From Dicyema japonicum (lineage: Eukaryota > Animalia > Dicyemida): DNA of 64,000 nt. Positions 50,871 through 63,559 of this stretch are shown here, in pieces. The translations under genes were made by a program, and so were the position numbers. Location of the stretch: assembly GCA_011109175.1 (NCBI GenBank), contig RDEW01000017.1:434001-498000 (forward strand). The letters are read 5' to 3'. Numbering within the stretch: the first letter of the stretch is position 1; each line of letters begins with the position of its first letter. The notes under the pieces are model-generated. The model ran no database searches and was not told where the DNA came from. It saw only the letters and a program-made list of their open reading frames with translations.

Positions 50871-51030
50871 GAGAATGACATTTTCATGTCAAAAGTCACC
50901 CCCAAGAATAATAAATTAATATAAAATCGAATAATAAATTAATGATTAAAATATTATAAATTTAATTGTATTATAATAAACTAAATAATCTAGTTTTGCT
51001 TTATTCTTGTTGTCATCTAATTAATACAAA

Positions 51031-54000
51031 ATGGTTACCTCCAAAGAAGGAATGCGTGGACTATCCATATTCATTGCAGATATCCGCAACTGTAGGTCCC
51101 TGTAGTTATTTTAACTACAGGCCGTAGTCGAGAGGATGAATCAAAGAGAGTCAATAAAGAGTTCTCCAATATACGGACCAAATTTAACGGTAAATTGGTG
51201 ACTTTATTTGTAGACCCAAAGTCGCTGACATCATACAACAAGAGAAAGTACCTAAGCAAGCTTTTATTTATATTCTTACTCGGATATGAAGTCGATTTTG
51301 GATTTAATGAAGCCGTTTCCCTCGTTCTTTCTAACAAATATATCGATAAAAAAATTGTATCATTTTTACATCAATTTAGGCATTCCTTTTCCTCTCAATT
51401 ATGATTGGTCCCGACCACGTGTCTCTCAAACTGATAAACAAATCCATCAAGGTGGAACTCAACTCCTCAGATCCGATCTTCCGATCGGTGGCATTGGAGG
51501 CCATCACAAACATGAGCAATCAAGTCATGGCCACTGAGTTTTCGTCAACTGTTCTCAATATCCTATTGACCCCGTAAGATGAATATTCATGGTTTCAGAA
51601 GTAGCGATGATTCCAACAAGCAGTGTGCAGCCATCGCTCTTTTGACCTTATATCGTGCAGATCCCAAGCAAATGGAGGAACTAAACTCCAACGAACAGTT
51701 GATATCTCAGATAATCCAGTTACTCTACAATCCTAATCTCGTAACCTAATTTTCTTATACCAGAGCATAATGTCAGCCGCCGTAAGTCTTTTGACATTCC
51801 TCAGCAGTCATAATCCCTCCCTTTACACTGGTGTCATCAGTCCGACTGTAGCTCGTCTAGAAAAGGTACATAGTCTTCTGTAGTGAAGATTATCTCCGTT
51901 ACTTCCACAGATCAACTCCCCGATTTGAAGTACCACCAAGTATCTGCCCCTTTTATTACCGTGAAACTAATGAAACTGCTACAAACACAAACGGGTATCT
52001 TACTTGATAAAATTAGATTTACGGAATTTTGAATCTCAGTTGATACAAGTGATCTCCATAATAAATGAACAGACTTCAAACAAACGATCTAAGAAGATAC
52101 AGTACCTCAATGCCTTGCATGCTCTATTTTTTGAGGCAGCCAATTTGTCCGTTCACTGTAAAATGGTGGGCATGTGCCAGTTATATTTATCACATCTGTT
52201 GGAAATGGTCTCCTGGGATGATTCAAACTACAGGTTTATGATATTTCTATTGCAGATATTGTGCTCTGGTTGTACTCGAGCAGATGACTCATATTCCTGA
52301 GGTTTTTGAGGATTTAAGACCTTCTCTGAAAGTCATCATCAACTTGCTGAAAACAGAACCCGACGAAAATGTGAAAAGGACTGCCATTTCTTTGCTATGT
52401 GCCATGTGTAGTCGCTCGGATGTGACCCTGATTGTCTCAGAGCTGATTGAATACCTAAAAATCGCCTCATTTGACATTAAGGAGGATTTGGCTGTCAAAA
52501 TACCGATTTTATGCGAACAGTTTATTTCTGATTCAAAGTGGTATGTGGAGACCATCTTAACTCTGATGATTTCCAACGGAGATTTAGTTGGAGATGAGGT
52601 ATAGCTGGTTAATCATCTTAGATATGCAACCGAGTGATCAATATGATCATGAAAAAGCCTGATTTGCAGAAATATTCTGTGAATGTTCTATACGAAGCCC
52701 TTGGATCTAATGATCTTCACGATAACCTTGTAATGATGTCGGCGTACGTAATTGGGGAATTCGGACATCTCGTTTCTATTGAGTTTGTCGGTTATTTATC
52801 TTAGTCCGAAAAAACTTGTAAATTCCCTTCACGGAATGTTCTTCCTGTGTAGTCGTCGTACACAATATCTTATGCTTTCTGCTTACGCGAAGCTGTGCAA
52901 TTTGTTTCCTGGTGTTTCTCAGTTTGTCCTCACTGTAATCGTCTTTTTTGAATAGTAGATTTTCATGGATAAAAATATTTGGTGTTCTCCTGACGTGGAA
53001 TTGCAGAAACGAGCCAACGAATATGCCAACATGATCAATTTAGGCAATAGACAGCTAATTGTTGCTTCTTTTCTCATTTCGAGGGTGATGTATTCGAAGA
53101 AATGCCGCCTTATTGTAAGAAAGATGAGGACAATTCTTCAGCTCACTCTTTGGTCGATAATAACGCAGAGCTTGTGTTTTTTGATTCCCCCGAGCCTTCC
53201 ATAATCTCCACCGAAGAGAGCATGGATGTAAATCTTGTAAAGAAACAGTAAACTATCGCATATTACTTAGACTTCTCACAAGTGACTCTGGTCTTGTCTT
53301 CGATGGACCAAACTTGTCTGTGAGTTTCCTGATAGAAAGGAGTGCTCAACAGCCTTCTATGATAAACGTTGTCTTGACAATATCCTCTAAGGGATCTCAA
53401 ATAGAACAAATCAATCTGGTGCTACCAAAGAACGACAATCCCGTCATAATTAATGTTTGGCTTTAATTTATCTCTCAGATAACTCCAGGGGCTACTTTAG
53501 TGCCTCCCTTTGAACAGACATCATATAATTTGTTGATAATGTGCATGGATGTGTATAAGATTCAATTTCCGAACCTCCTTTTAGAATATCTGTTTTTTAT
53601 GGGCTAATTTACTAGATGTAATACACATTTTTCTAAGGTTTCACTACCATTTCCTATTCCAATTAGCAAATTTTTTGTAAATAAACCGATTAATCCCAAT
53701 TTATTCATGGGTCGATGGGGGGCTATTTCAACGTATATTGTCACCTAATTTTAGTGACAAGGAGTTTAAGGCTGTAATTAGAACTCATTCTAATGGAAAT
53801 TTATTATTTAGTCAGGTACTTGTTTGTCAGTATAGAAGATTGGAAATATTGGGTTATCTCACATTCCGAACATTGATCAAATTCAGGGTAACTTTATAGC
53901 TTCGCTTATCTTTTACTCGAAGAGTCATACTATTGGTTTGCTAGTTAGATTTCAACCGAACAATCTTTTGGTTATTGGAAATTTATATTTTTGTAGAATC

Positions 54001-54080
54001 AAGTCGGAATAACCATGAGGTGTTCTGAACGGAATGAAGATCTTTTTTATGAATTCTGCTCTCTCATCGAAATTCTTTAA
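51031..54080 (+). CDS. AP2A: AP-2 complex subunit alpha (alpha-adaptin), ~874 aa, 18 GT-AG introns of 22-29 nt
   Basis: [21 protein letters not shown]...[23 protein letters not shown]...WYVETIL...YVIGEFG...[11 protein letters not shown]...EEMPPY, plus ear domain. Introns start at 51092, 51190, 51357, 51574, 51741, 51866, 51995, 52234, 52599, 52783, 52935, 53061, 53248, 53455, 53592, 53733, 53816, 53971; 2625 nt in frame. Confidence 0.96.
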
Positions 54081-54149
54081 ATTTATTAACAAAATGTTAG
54101 ACTTATTTTGGCAAAATTATTTAACTTAATTATGATTCATTTATTTATT

Positions 54150-54450
54150 TTAAACCAAGAATCAATAGTAGGGGCCGTCAGGTGATCGCGACCCCTCTAA
54201 GCAACCATCTTACTTTTGCTCGGTGTTCATCCCGAGATACAACTTTTTGTACTCAAGTGTTAGAGGTGTCCTTAGGGTTCCCGTTCTCCTCACACGTCCT
54301 CGATAGGAGTTGGTCTTGACAAAGAGGAGAACTGTTGTAAAGTCCCAGTGACTGTTGCTTGAAAGACTTCGATCTCTTCCTATTGGACAGGTCTGTCCTT
54401 TTGCAGCACAGCCATAGCTGATTGTCGGTTGTCACAATAACAACAGAGAT
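54150..54450 (-). mobile_element. LINE 3' end ('...IT*' family)
   Basis: RPTPIEDV ... DEHRAKVRWLLRGVAIT*. Confidence 0.7.
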
Positions 54451-54659
54451 CAATCGGAGAAGTCATTGGGTTTCACGGACTTCATGACTTCTGGGTGCAG
54501 CTAATTGTTCTAGTCTTTCGAGAAAAGACAGACTTACTGATTATACCCTCGGTTGTCTCGAAAAAATCATGCTGAACGAGAACCAGGGAGTTCTTTGAGT
54601 TATTCCAAGTCTGCAACTAACACGCAAGTATGTAGCGAGTTAGTAAGGGAAGAGCACTG

Positions 54660-54990
54660 ATTTTGTACTTAATTATTAATTTTTCTAATTACTCTAATTG
54701 TGGTTGAATTGATTAACTTTGCTATTAATTCTTATCAAATAACAATCGAATCTAAGACAGCATTTAAATTATCATTTATTAGGCTATCCCCAGCATAATT
54801 GACGCGGCGTTAGCTCTCACGGTAGTTATTGAGATTAATCTGAGGAGCCACTGAGTTATGCGGAAGTCATGAGCAATTAATGTGGCCAGACGTCCCAGGT
54901 TCTTGAGGAAAGACAAACAATCATGCTTATTGCTCCACTTGTCTCGAGAGCGATCGTATGGAATGTGAAGCGGTCGAGCACACCTTGTCA
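54660..54990 (-). mobile_element. CRE-clade 3' end with 3'UTR
   Basis: SFLKNLGRLA...DFRITQWLLRLISITTVRANAASIMLG, the CRE C-terminal 'RGNAAS' motif. Confidence 0.8.
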
Positions 54991-55241
54991 TTCCTTCCGT
55001 TTAGCCTTCTTCTGAGGAATGGTGTAAATCCCGGTGAAGGTGGGGACACTGGAAGAACAAAAAAGCTATATTTCTTCCATAATAAGGAATACATAAATTA
55101 CCTTACCACGCTTCCGTAGATTCAAAAAAGTACTTTTTTATTTTAATAAATTATAAAAATTTATTTTAAAGTTAAATAATTTAAAATATTTTCAATAAAA
55201 AATAAAAACCACAGATATAATTAAATAACTTAAGTCACATT

Positions 55242-56839
55242 ATGGAAGAAGAGTTAAAATTCAGAAGAAACAAAATGGATTCTATGGTTTATTTTTTAGT
55301 AAACAATTCAGATAGCCTCTTACAAAAACAAAATTAACCACCAAACCAACAAAATTTTAACTCTAGAATACGACGAAGAAGAAGAAGAGATGTTGATAGA
55401 TACCAAGTTTGACGATAAGGACAGTTGAGAATTGATTTTTTATGTTAGTGATTTATGTTCAAGAACTAAAACCTGAAAATTTGCAAATCTCGTCATCGAG
55501 GATTAGAAATGAAGGAACAAGTCCAATATCGAATACATCAGTTGATAAAGGACAACCTAACCAAAATACTCTTTCAAACGATGAAGATCTGAGCGGTCAA
55601 GTAGACAAAATGTCACTCGTTGATGAAATCACAGGTAAACAAGATGAAAATTCCTCCTCTCAAGATGAAAAAACGGGCAAAAAAGATGAAAATTCCTCCT
55701 CCCAAGATGAAAAACCTTTTAAACAAAATCTAGTGAAGCGGCATAGAGAAAGAATGGTAACTTTAAGGTTGTGAATTTAGAAAAACGCTAAGAAAAAATC
55801 GATTGATACTAATAATGAGAAGAAATTGAATCACAAAATATCTGAAGAAAAGTCTGAGGAAGAAAATTCAGTTTTGGAAGAACTCGACTCAATTAGAAAG
55901 GGAAAGAAGAAAAAAGTATCCGACGAAGACTCTGGAGTCAAAACATTTCCAATTGAGTCGGATGAAAAACAAAACCCCCCCGCTGTGGATATTGTAAAAA
56001 TTTGTAATGATCAAAGGATCCAAATGACTTGGAGTTAAAAGAGGTCGAGGACGTTGCCAATTTTGTGTTTCGTCCTGTGCTAAAATCTCCGATAATGTTC
56101 AGATGTCTTGTCAAACGGGATACAAATGGAATCGATAGATCGTTATTTCCTGTGTATATTCTTTACCACGAAAACACGAATGGGAAGAAGGTATTTTTCG
56201 AAAAATATTTTAGCTCTTTCTGTTGGCGGCCAGAACTCGAAAGAAGACTGCGAAAAACTGTTATATAATATCCACAGACCCCATTAGCCTATACAAAGGG
56301 GATATTTCGTATATTGGGAAAATAAAGTAACAATTTAATCTCAACAGATCTAACATGCCGTGTACTAATTTCAAATTTATCGGAAATGAAGGAACCGAGC
56401 TCGCATCCGTCCATTATGTATGCCAATGTGAGTGATAATAGGACTATAATGTTTTGGGGATAAATGGTCCGAGAAAGTTGAAGGTTGAAATTCCCAAAGT
56501 CCTTAAATATACTAATAAGAGGAATCCTTCAGATTATGAACATTTTGTTAGTAAATCTCCTGTGTGGAACGAGGGTTCGTTTTTTGCTCATCTCGATAGA
56601 TTACAGATCATATATGCTTAACTTTCACGGAAGGGTCACTCAAGCGTCAATTAAAAATTTTCAATTAATTAGAGCTGACAATGGTTCATTTACGATTCAT
56701 ATTAGATGAGGAAATTCTTCTTCAGTTTGGAAAATCTGGAAATAATACTTTCTCTCTCGATTTTTGCCATCCATTTACTCCTGCACAAGCATTTGGGATT
56801 TCTTTGAGTTGCTTTGCATCCAAACTTGTAAGAGAATAA
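55242..56839 (+). CDS. TULP: Tubby-like protein, ~461 aa, 9 GT-AG introns of 21-25 nt
   Basis: Low-complexity N-terminus, then the Tubby domain FRCLVKRD..GIDRSLFPVY...FLLAAR.RKK...YIIS.DP...NVLGINGPRKL...KSPVWNE...YMLNFHGRVTQASIKNFQL...LQFGK..FSLDFCHPF...QAFGISLS.F. Introns start at 55287, 55424, 55757, 55994, 56191, 56327, 56418, 56575, 56684; 1386 nt in frame. Confidence 0.95.
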
Positions 56840-56989
56840 AAATATTAATTTCTGATAATTTTATTGAAAAATTAATTTTCTTTATTTTTGGTGGAAATAG
56901 GATATTGTAATTTTAGTTCATTCAAATTTAATAAGTTTCAATTTTTTTATTCCCGCCCATTTAATCCGCTGGCAAGTTGGTGAGGCCGA

Positions 56990-57170
56990 GATAACATAAC
57001 TAAGCCGACTTAATCTTTGATGTGTTTCCCCCTCAGAATGGCTATCGAGATCAACTTATGTAGAAACTGAGTTTCATGGGTGTGGCCGCATGTCCCAGGT
57101 TCTTGAGGAAATAAAAAGTTTTTCTATTTATCGTTCCAGTTTTAGCTGCGTGCATTGAAGATAGCGTATG
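56990..57170 (-). mobile_element. CRE-clade 3' fragment
   Basis: GTGGCCGCATGTCCCAGGTTCTTGAGGAAA matches the other CRE copies. Confidence 0.6.
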
Positions 57171-57559
57171 TTGGTTAAACCCTTACCCACTCCCGAACGT
57201 TTGTTTTGAAATGTGAGTCCGTATTGGTTTGCATTTGCGAATCTCACATGTATCATTGTGGGGTCATGGTTGACCGTAAAGGGAATTAAAAAATTGGTAA
57301 AGGAGTCATCAGTAATTTACGACGCAAGAGACCTCCCCTTGGAATTGTAATTGTCTGCGGCAATGCTCAATGTTTATTGCAAGTTGAAGCCTGATTTGTT
57401 TTTATTGTTAAACTTAAAAAAATTTAGCTTTAAACCGCAAATTAATCGATTAGCCATAAAAATATTTCTTATGGCTGCACGAGCAAAATACCTTACGACT
57501 TGTTTCGACTCTTTCCCCTTGTCTGTATGGAATCACTTAGATGTGGCATTCTTTCACTT

Positions 57560-58140
57560 TAACCCAGTAGTCCTGGGACAAAAGGCATAGTAATGACAAT
57601 ATCGTTTCATTCTCGATGCAGGTAAATCAGCAAAAATTAGTTGGATAAAAAAAGGGATAGTGATGATCCCGAAGGGATATTATTAAAAGAAGCCATAAAG
57701 TTTATTTTGATTCCCCAAGGAAGTTAACGCTTCCCATCCGACCGCTAAGGAAATTAACCAGCCAGAGTTTTAAATTTTCAAAGATTCCCATTTGGAAATC
57801 TTCCAAGTGACCCGTTTTAAGATATCTACGTCCTTGTAAACCCCAAAACACATATAATTTGTCAGGGAGACAAGAAGAGTAAATGTCGACAGTTTTATAA
57901 AGCCATGTTGGAACGGCAGTCATATTCCTAATTTTCCAAAGTAAAAAAGATCTTTTTGGTCGTAGTCCACCTCAGGTACGTTTCTTTCGTCAGCTCTTGA
58001 AATTTATTTATTGCTCCAGGGTGACCTGGTTAAAAAAGAGTCCTCAACCTACTAATTGATTTTAGTTCCCACGGTCAAGTGAGACCCATGCTTTCCAAGT
58101 ATCTCGTCCATCCATATCCGCTGATGTGAGAACTTCACAA
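57560..58140 (-). mobile_element. LINE RT remnant
   Basis: MGIFENLKLWLVNFLSGRMGSV (RT 'W..FL.GR...V' segment) with frameshifts. Confidence 0.6.
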
Positions 58141-58296
58141 TTAAAGTAAAGAAAAGTAGATAGATGGATTGCATAACGTAGCTTTTTATTTATCGAATAA
58201 TAAAACAATTTAAAAACCAATTATTTAAATTCTAGTAATAAATATTAATTTTTTTATTTAAAAATATTTAAAATTTAGTATTTAGAATACTTTTAT

Positions 58297-58765
58297 ATGA
58301 ATTTTGGTGATGGTTAGTCCACATTAATTAAAATTTAGCACCAACACTAAGAAAAAACAAACTGGATGAAAGTTCAATTAGTAGACGCAAATCAAAGATG
58401 TTGGAAGTTCTTGAGGCCGACAATTATTTCGATGATCCAAACACGGATCTCAAAATAGCTAAAGGTGGTCGAAAGTCGAGATCAAAGTCTGGCGTTATAT
58501 GCAGATGGAGACTGAATCTCACATTCACTCAAATCCTCGAGTATGAGACAAACGTAGGTCCAAAACATGTGAACTACTCCACTGCCTCTGCACCTCCTCC
58601 CTCATTTCCTTACGACCATTTTTGTAGTGTCTGCAGGTCTTGCTTATATTTTGAGTTGGTAGTTTTCATTCAAAGTACAAATGTATCTCATGTGGTGCCC
58701 GATATTGTTCTGTCTCTTGTAATGATTCCCACAAGGAAACAAGATGTCTTAAATGGATTGCCTGA
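58297..58765 (+). CDS. ZNHIT1: Zinc finger HIT domain protein 1 (SWC6/Vps71), 138 aa; introns 58313-58338 and 58637-58662 (26 nt each)
   Basis: LEVLEADNYFDDP...NYSTASAPPP..P..HFCSVCSFHSKYKCISCGARYCSVSCNDSHKETRCLKWIA*; 417 nt in frame. Confidence 0.93.
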
Positions 58766-58939
58766 ATAGTTGTTACATAAAATAGTTGATTTTGTAAAAT
58801 CAAATGTTTGTGAGTATTTGATTAATTTACCCTAAACATACCTCAGACCAGGAGGCGTAGTATTTAGTGCTGTCGTTCGTGTCGTTATTGGCTGTGGATA
58901 AGATTCCCGCTACTTATTCGCAGGATAACTCTTTTCAAT

Positions 58940-59110
58940 TCACAGGAGTCGTGGACCAGCTGACTTGGAGACGCCTATTAATAAATAGGATCTTCCTCAC
59001 CTACATGGTGGAGGGGTTCCCATAATGGGTGATATGAATGGATGCGATGAAAGGAAAGGATACATCACACTTTGACTTGGGGATTGGATATACTTTAGAC
59101 GTAATAATTT
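58940..59110 (+). mobile_element. RTE 5'-head short element copy
   Basis: GGATCTTCC...GGTGGAGGGGTTCCCATAATGG ... TTGGATATACTT. Confidence 0.55.
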
Positions 59111-60708
59111 TTTTTGCTATATTCTCCTTCCCCATACTTGCTATTTAGTAGAAGACTTTTTTATCCTTGGTTTGTTCTTTTTGTTCTTTCTTTCCTTTCT
59201 TCTGGCAGTGAATGGACTGATCTCTGCGATTTCAACCGTGGGATCTGGCTACATTTAATTATTTGATAACTTTTTCCATGTGTCAAAATTAAACGATTTA
59301 ATACACGAATGTTCTTCAATGCAAAAAAAGTGCAGATCTTCAGAGTCAGTATCAGAGATGAGCTTGAAGGTGCATTTCCATAATCTGGAAATTGAAAAAA
59401 TCGAAAATAATGAAACTTTAGACATGACCATTCTCAGAATAATTTTCTTTCACATCCTATACGAAACTTTTTCAATCTCATAATGAACTCAGGATAATCA
59501 GATGCATAAAGTTTCAGAACTGAGAGAGGGACATGCAAAAATTTTAGATTTGAATCTTTTATAAAAATTGAAAGAACTTAACAAAGATCCACAAGGTTAC
59601 AGATAATAGATGATAGCTAATTCTGTAGTTGTGTCTAGCAATTTATGGATTGTTAAATAACTCTCGAATCTAACTTAAATTTCTCTAAAAGTTGTTTCGA
59701 TTTTCGAAATTACTATAAAGTAACCTTATATTCGGTTCTTTATTTTCCTTGGGTTTTAACTTCTCTCTTATTTGTTTCTCTTGAAACAAAACTTAGTGGA
59801 TGTTCTTAAGTGATAAACTTTTCTTATTAACCCGGTCAATATCAACGACCCGGGTTTTTATGGCATACGAGAATACTTAACAATCAACAACCTTTTTCGC
59901 CAGCCTCCTCAGGCAGGTTCGATTCTGGTTGCTGAAACAACTCCGAGAGCGTCTTGTCCAATTGATCCTTCTGCCCATATGGCATCTCAGGGCTTTGCCT
60001 CCAATAATCCAGTGTCAGGCGTTCCAAAGTCTATTTTAAAACAGTGGACTGTGGATAGGCCTGGAGTTTCCTATCTACCCCTAACTGTTTTAGATAACCC
60101 TTGTGGTCCTTTGTTGCAATTTCTAACCACGTCATTACTATTGGAATAACGAGGACCTTGCAACCAAGATTCTGCCACATCTAGTTGACAAACAAGTCAT
60201 ACTTCCTTTTTTCTCCAAACGGTCTGGGAAGTAATGCCAACTTCTATGATATGGACATGGCCAGACTACTTATCGTGTGCCACAATGTCCCGTTTATTGT
60301 GCCTGACTAGCACCGAGGTTCGGATAATTTAAAAATTTATTATTTATTTATTTAAAAAATAATAAATAAATGTGGTAGATCTGTTTATTTAACGGTAACG
60401 ATTAACTCTAGGTTTTAATTGTTACATCTGCCGAAATAATTAACACGATGTGCCTTTCATGGTAGCTACCGAGATTAACTAGATTCTTGGCTTCTGAGAG
60501 CGACTAGACATCCCAGATTCTTGATGAAAGACAATCACTTAAAATTACAACTAAAATTAAATCTATAAGAATAATCAAAATTATGAAATCTGGAATGAAG
60601 AACCCCACAAACGGAAATGGTTTTTGCCATTTTCCGCAGCATGCCCACTGTTTCTTGGTAGGTGAAGCATGATTTGTCAGTAATTTCTTTGTTTATATTT
60701 CCGAAAAT

Positions 60709-60768
60709 AGATGTTGGAAGTTCTTGAGACTGACAATTACTTCGACGATCCAGACACAGATCTCAAAA
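60709..60768 (+). pseudogene. Isolated duplicate fragment of ZNHIT1 exon 2
   Basis: MLEVLETDNYFDDPDTDLK versus MLEVLEADNYFDDPNTDLK at 58398; no flanking ZNHIT1 sequence. Confidence 0.8.
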
Positions 60769-62089
60769 ATAATATTATATTTAAAAAATTCGTTTTAGTA
60801 TAACTCTAACTATCGATCTTTGTCGACATATTTGATACCACGTCCTCCCACGACAGCAATGGGGATCACTGAAGGAGCCATTGGGTTTTATGAACCAGCA
60901 GGCTCATTATCTTGGAAAAAGACAATGATTTCCAGCTTGTGCCTCCAGTTGTCTTTCAACAACAACCCGAACGTGAACCGGTTCGGGAGCCCTTGTATTT
61001 CTTCTCTTCGGACTTGTATTTATTTATTAACCCCAGGGTCACAATCTATGGTAAGCACAGCAAAGACAGTCACAAATAATTAATCCAAGGAAAAAATCAA
61101 AAGGAGAACGTCTGCTTGTGTCGACCAAATCCATCCTCCAATCGGCTTCCGAGAAGGTCAATTCTCGTCAAACGAATCTCACCCGTCCTTCTGTCAGGAC
61201 ACAGTTGTCGAAAGGGATCTTCCTACCTTCAGACTTCTCCGATTTTTCTGTTGCGGATAATGCCTTTATCAAACTCTCGCGTTACCCATAAGCCTACCTA
61301 TACAAGACTGCCCTTCATCTACACTTGATGGCCATGGGGAAGATCACCTTTTCTCGTATCCTAGCCCGCCTTCTGTTTCTCCTTCGCATGGAATCAGCCT
61401 TTTGGACCACTGGGAACGTCCGTCATTGGTAGTTACGTTTTTGTTAGCCACCAGTTTTCTCAACTTAAAAGAAAGAGGAAGAATTAAAATTATAAATAAA
61501 AAAGTTAAAATTATAAAATGAAATTAAAATCCAAAAAGTAAATTTAGTAGCGGTTCTTCAATTTAAAAGGCCAGGATTCTTTTTCGTACTTTTTTTTCCC
61601 GTCATTAAGAATTTCCCAATGACAAAAAATAATATTTTCACGGACATTATACGATGATCGCTTTTTACGTTTTTTTGAAGTCATTGATGATGCCACATCG
61701 ACACGATCATCCCCTATCATAATGTCCACGTTTGAGAAAGTCACATGAGATTTTTTCGACGTAGAGTAGGTAGAGCATTTTGGACATATCTAGTTCTTAC
61801 AAATTCATTGAGATTCGTTATATCCATTGAACTAATCATATCAATCTAAAAATTACTTAAATTTCAATTTATTGTGCATCGCATCATTACTGGTCATTTG
61901 AAAACAAAGTTAACCATTTTATTTAAAAATATTAATTAATAAACAATCAAATTCACTTTTATTATAATTAATTTTAAAATTTATTGACTGTGATTCTTAT
62001 TTTAATTTTGATTAATGGCTCTCCTTTGTAGACATAGGTGCAAGAGGGGCACGTCGCCACCTCAACAAAGTATCTTCTTACTAGGACTG

Positions 62090-62440
62090 AGCTGGCCAGC
62101 GAGAATAAGCAAGGAATCACTAAATAAGAGATGTTGTATGGATCCACTGATTCTCGAAATTTTTAAGGCTATTTGGACATATCTTACGTATGGACTCGGG
62201 TGCTCCAGCTAACATAGCAATGGAGGATTACTTCATGAGACAGGGAACGTGTTTTCGTGGACGCCGGCGTATTACACTACCAGAAACACTTGATGGAGAT
62301 CTAAAGCTCGTGAAAAAAAGTCTAAGAAGTGGAGACGATCTGGACGAGTTGAGGAAACTATTTTACGATCGAGGAGGTTGGAAAAAGTTAGTTCGGAGGA
62401 TTATTTTAAATTCTGCACGAGTGAAATTATAACTATGATT
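62090..62440 (+). mobile_element. RTE C-terminal fragment
   Basis: LFGHILRMDSGAPANIAMEDYF...FRGRRRITLPETLDGDL...LRKLFYDRGGWKK. Confidence 0.88.
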
Positions 62441-63235
62441 AAACCTGATGGGTCTTTGGTTCTTGAAGAACCGTCTAAATATACCACCAGGAAAGTCACA
62501 TGTAACAACTTTTACCCCATCACGAAAAGAAATACGGGCAACACAGCAATAAAATTGTATGATTTTCCGATCCCTATTAAGAAGACTTTTTCAATCTTCT
62601 CCTTTCATTCACTCATCAAGTGGACCTGGTAATCGCGAGGATCCAAAAGAAATTTGGAATTCTCAAAGCTTTTACGTACTCTCTAGTATCTTCCCGCCCA
62701 TAGTTAGAACTTAAATACAAACAATTTGTTCTACCGAGTATCAAGTACGCCTGTGCTGCGTGGATTGCCCCGACATCATTATCGGAGCCTATTTCCCCGA
62801 GATTTCAGCTGTTATCTCTTGAAGACAAATTTTAAAGATTTTTGACTTTAGCTGAGACTGATCCATGGTGAGTATGTCAGTACGAAGTTGGAAGGGAAGA
62901 AGCAATCGACACATGTAGTGTCCCAAGCCAAATATTTCTAACCTTTCCAAAAGAAAAATCATTTTGTCAAGTTTTTTGTTAATGCAGTCAAGTCCAAGGG
63001 GTTCCAAATGTACAGAATATCCAGCGACTTCAAGTCCTTCTGCGATAAGATAATTGACTATTTGTTAAGGTTTTCGATACAGCAAGAAACGTGAAGTATC
63101 ATATACGAATTTACATAGCATGCGTTCTACATCTTCTTCACATGTTTAAAAAACCAGAGAGTGTTTTAAAAACGTAGATCTTCTTATTTCTTCGATGAAA
63201 GCTGCCACTAAGAAAGAAGAGAAAATTTTGTTCCG

Positions 63236-63350
63236 ATTGAAGGTTCCACGCATCTAAGATGCTTTGGATTGAAGAGTGACATCGTCATCGATGAAAATTT
63301 CACTGCAGAACCGAATCGTCTATAAAGGACTCACGCAACAAAAAAGTGAG
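63236..63350 (+). mobile_element. 5'-truncated copy of the tRNA-derived SINE
   Basis: GTTCCACGCATCTAAGATGC...GAGTGACATCGTCATC...TCACTGCAGAAC...TCTATAAAGGACTCAC aligns with the reverse complement of 12830-12935. Confidence 0.75.
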
Positions 63351-63559
63351 GAGCATTCCTTGGTTCTCCTCTACGATTAGTTATCATACTTCTTTTTAAA
63401 TAAATGTGTTTTCCTGCCTGGGAGGAGCTATAGCTAATAGGCCCTATCTTAAAGTGCAGTATTATTATGGTAGCGTCTGCAAATTTCAGTTTTGTCCGTA
63501 ATTTTCTTAAATATTTAAAAATAATTTAAAATATAATTTTGTTGTCAAGACTACTACAA

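Noticed and set aside
59280-59700. ORF 59280-59483 as a host gene
   Set aside because: No family motif or convincing splice model.
61544-61830. Minus-strand frame with CPKC as a zinc-finger gene
   Set aside because: Would need an 11-nt intron to connect to an ATG, well below the observed minimum of 20; no recognisable domain.
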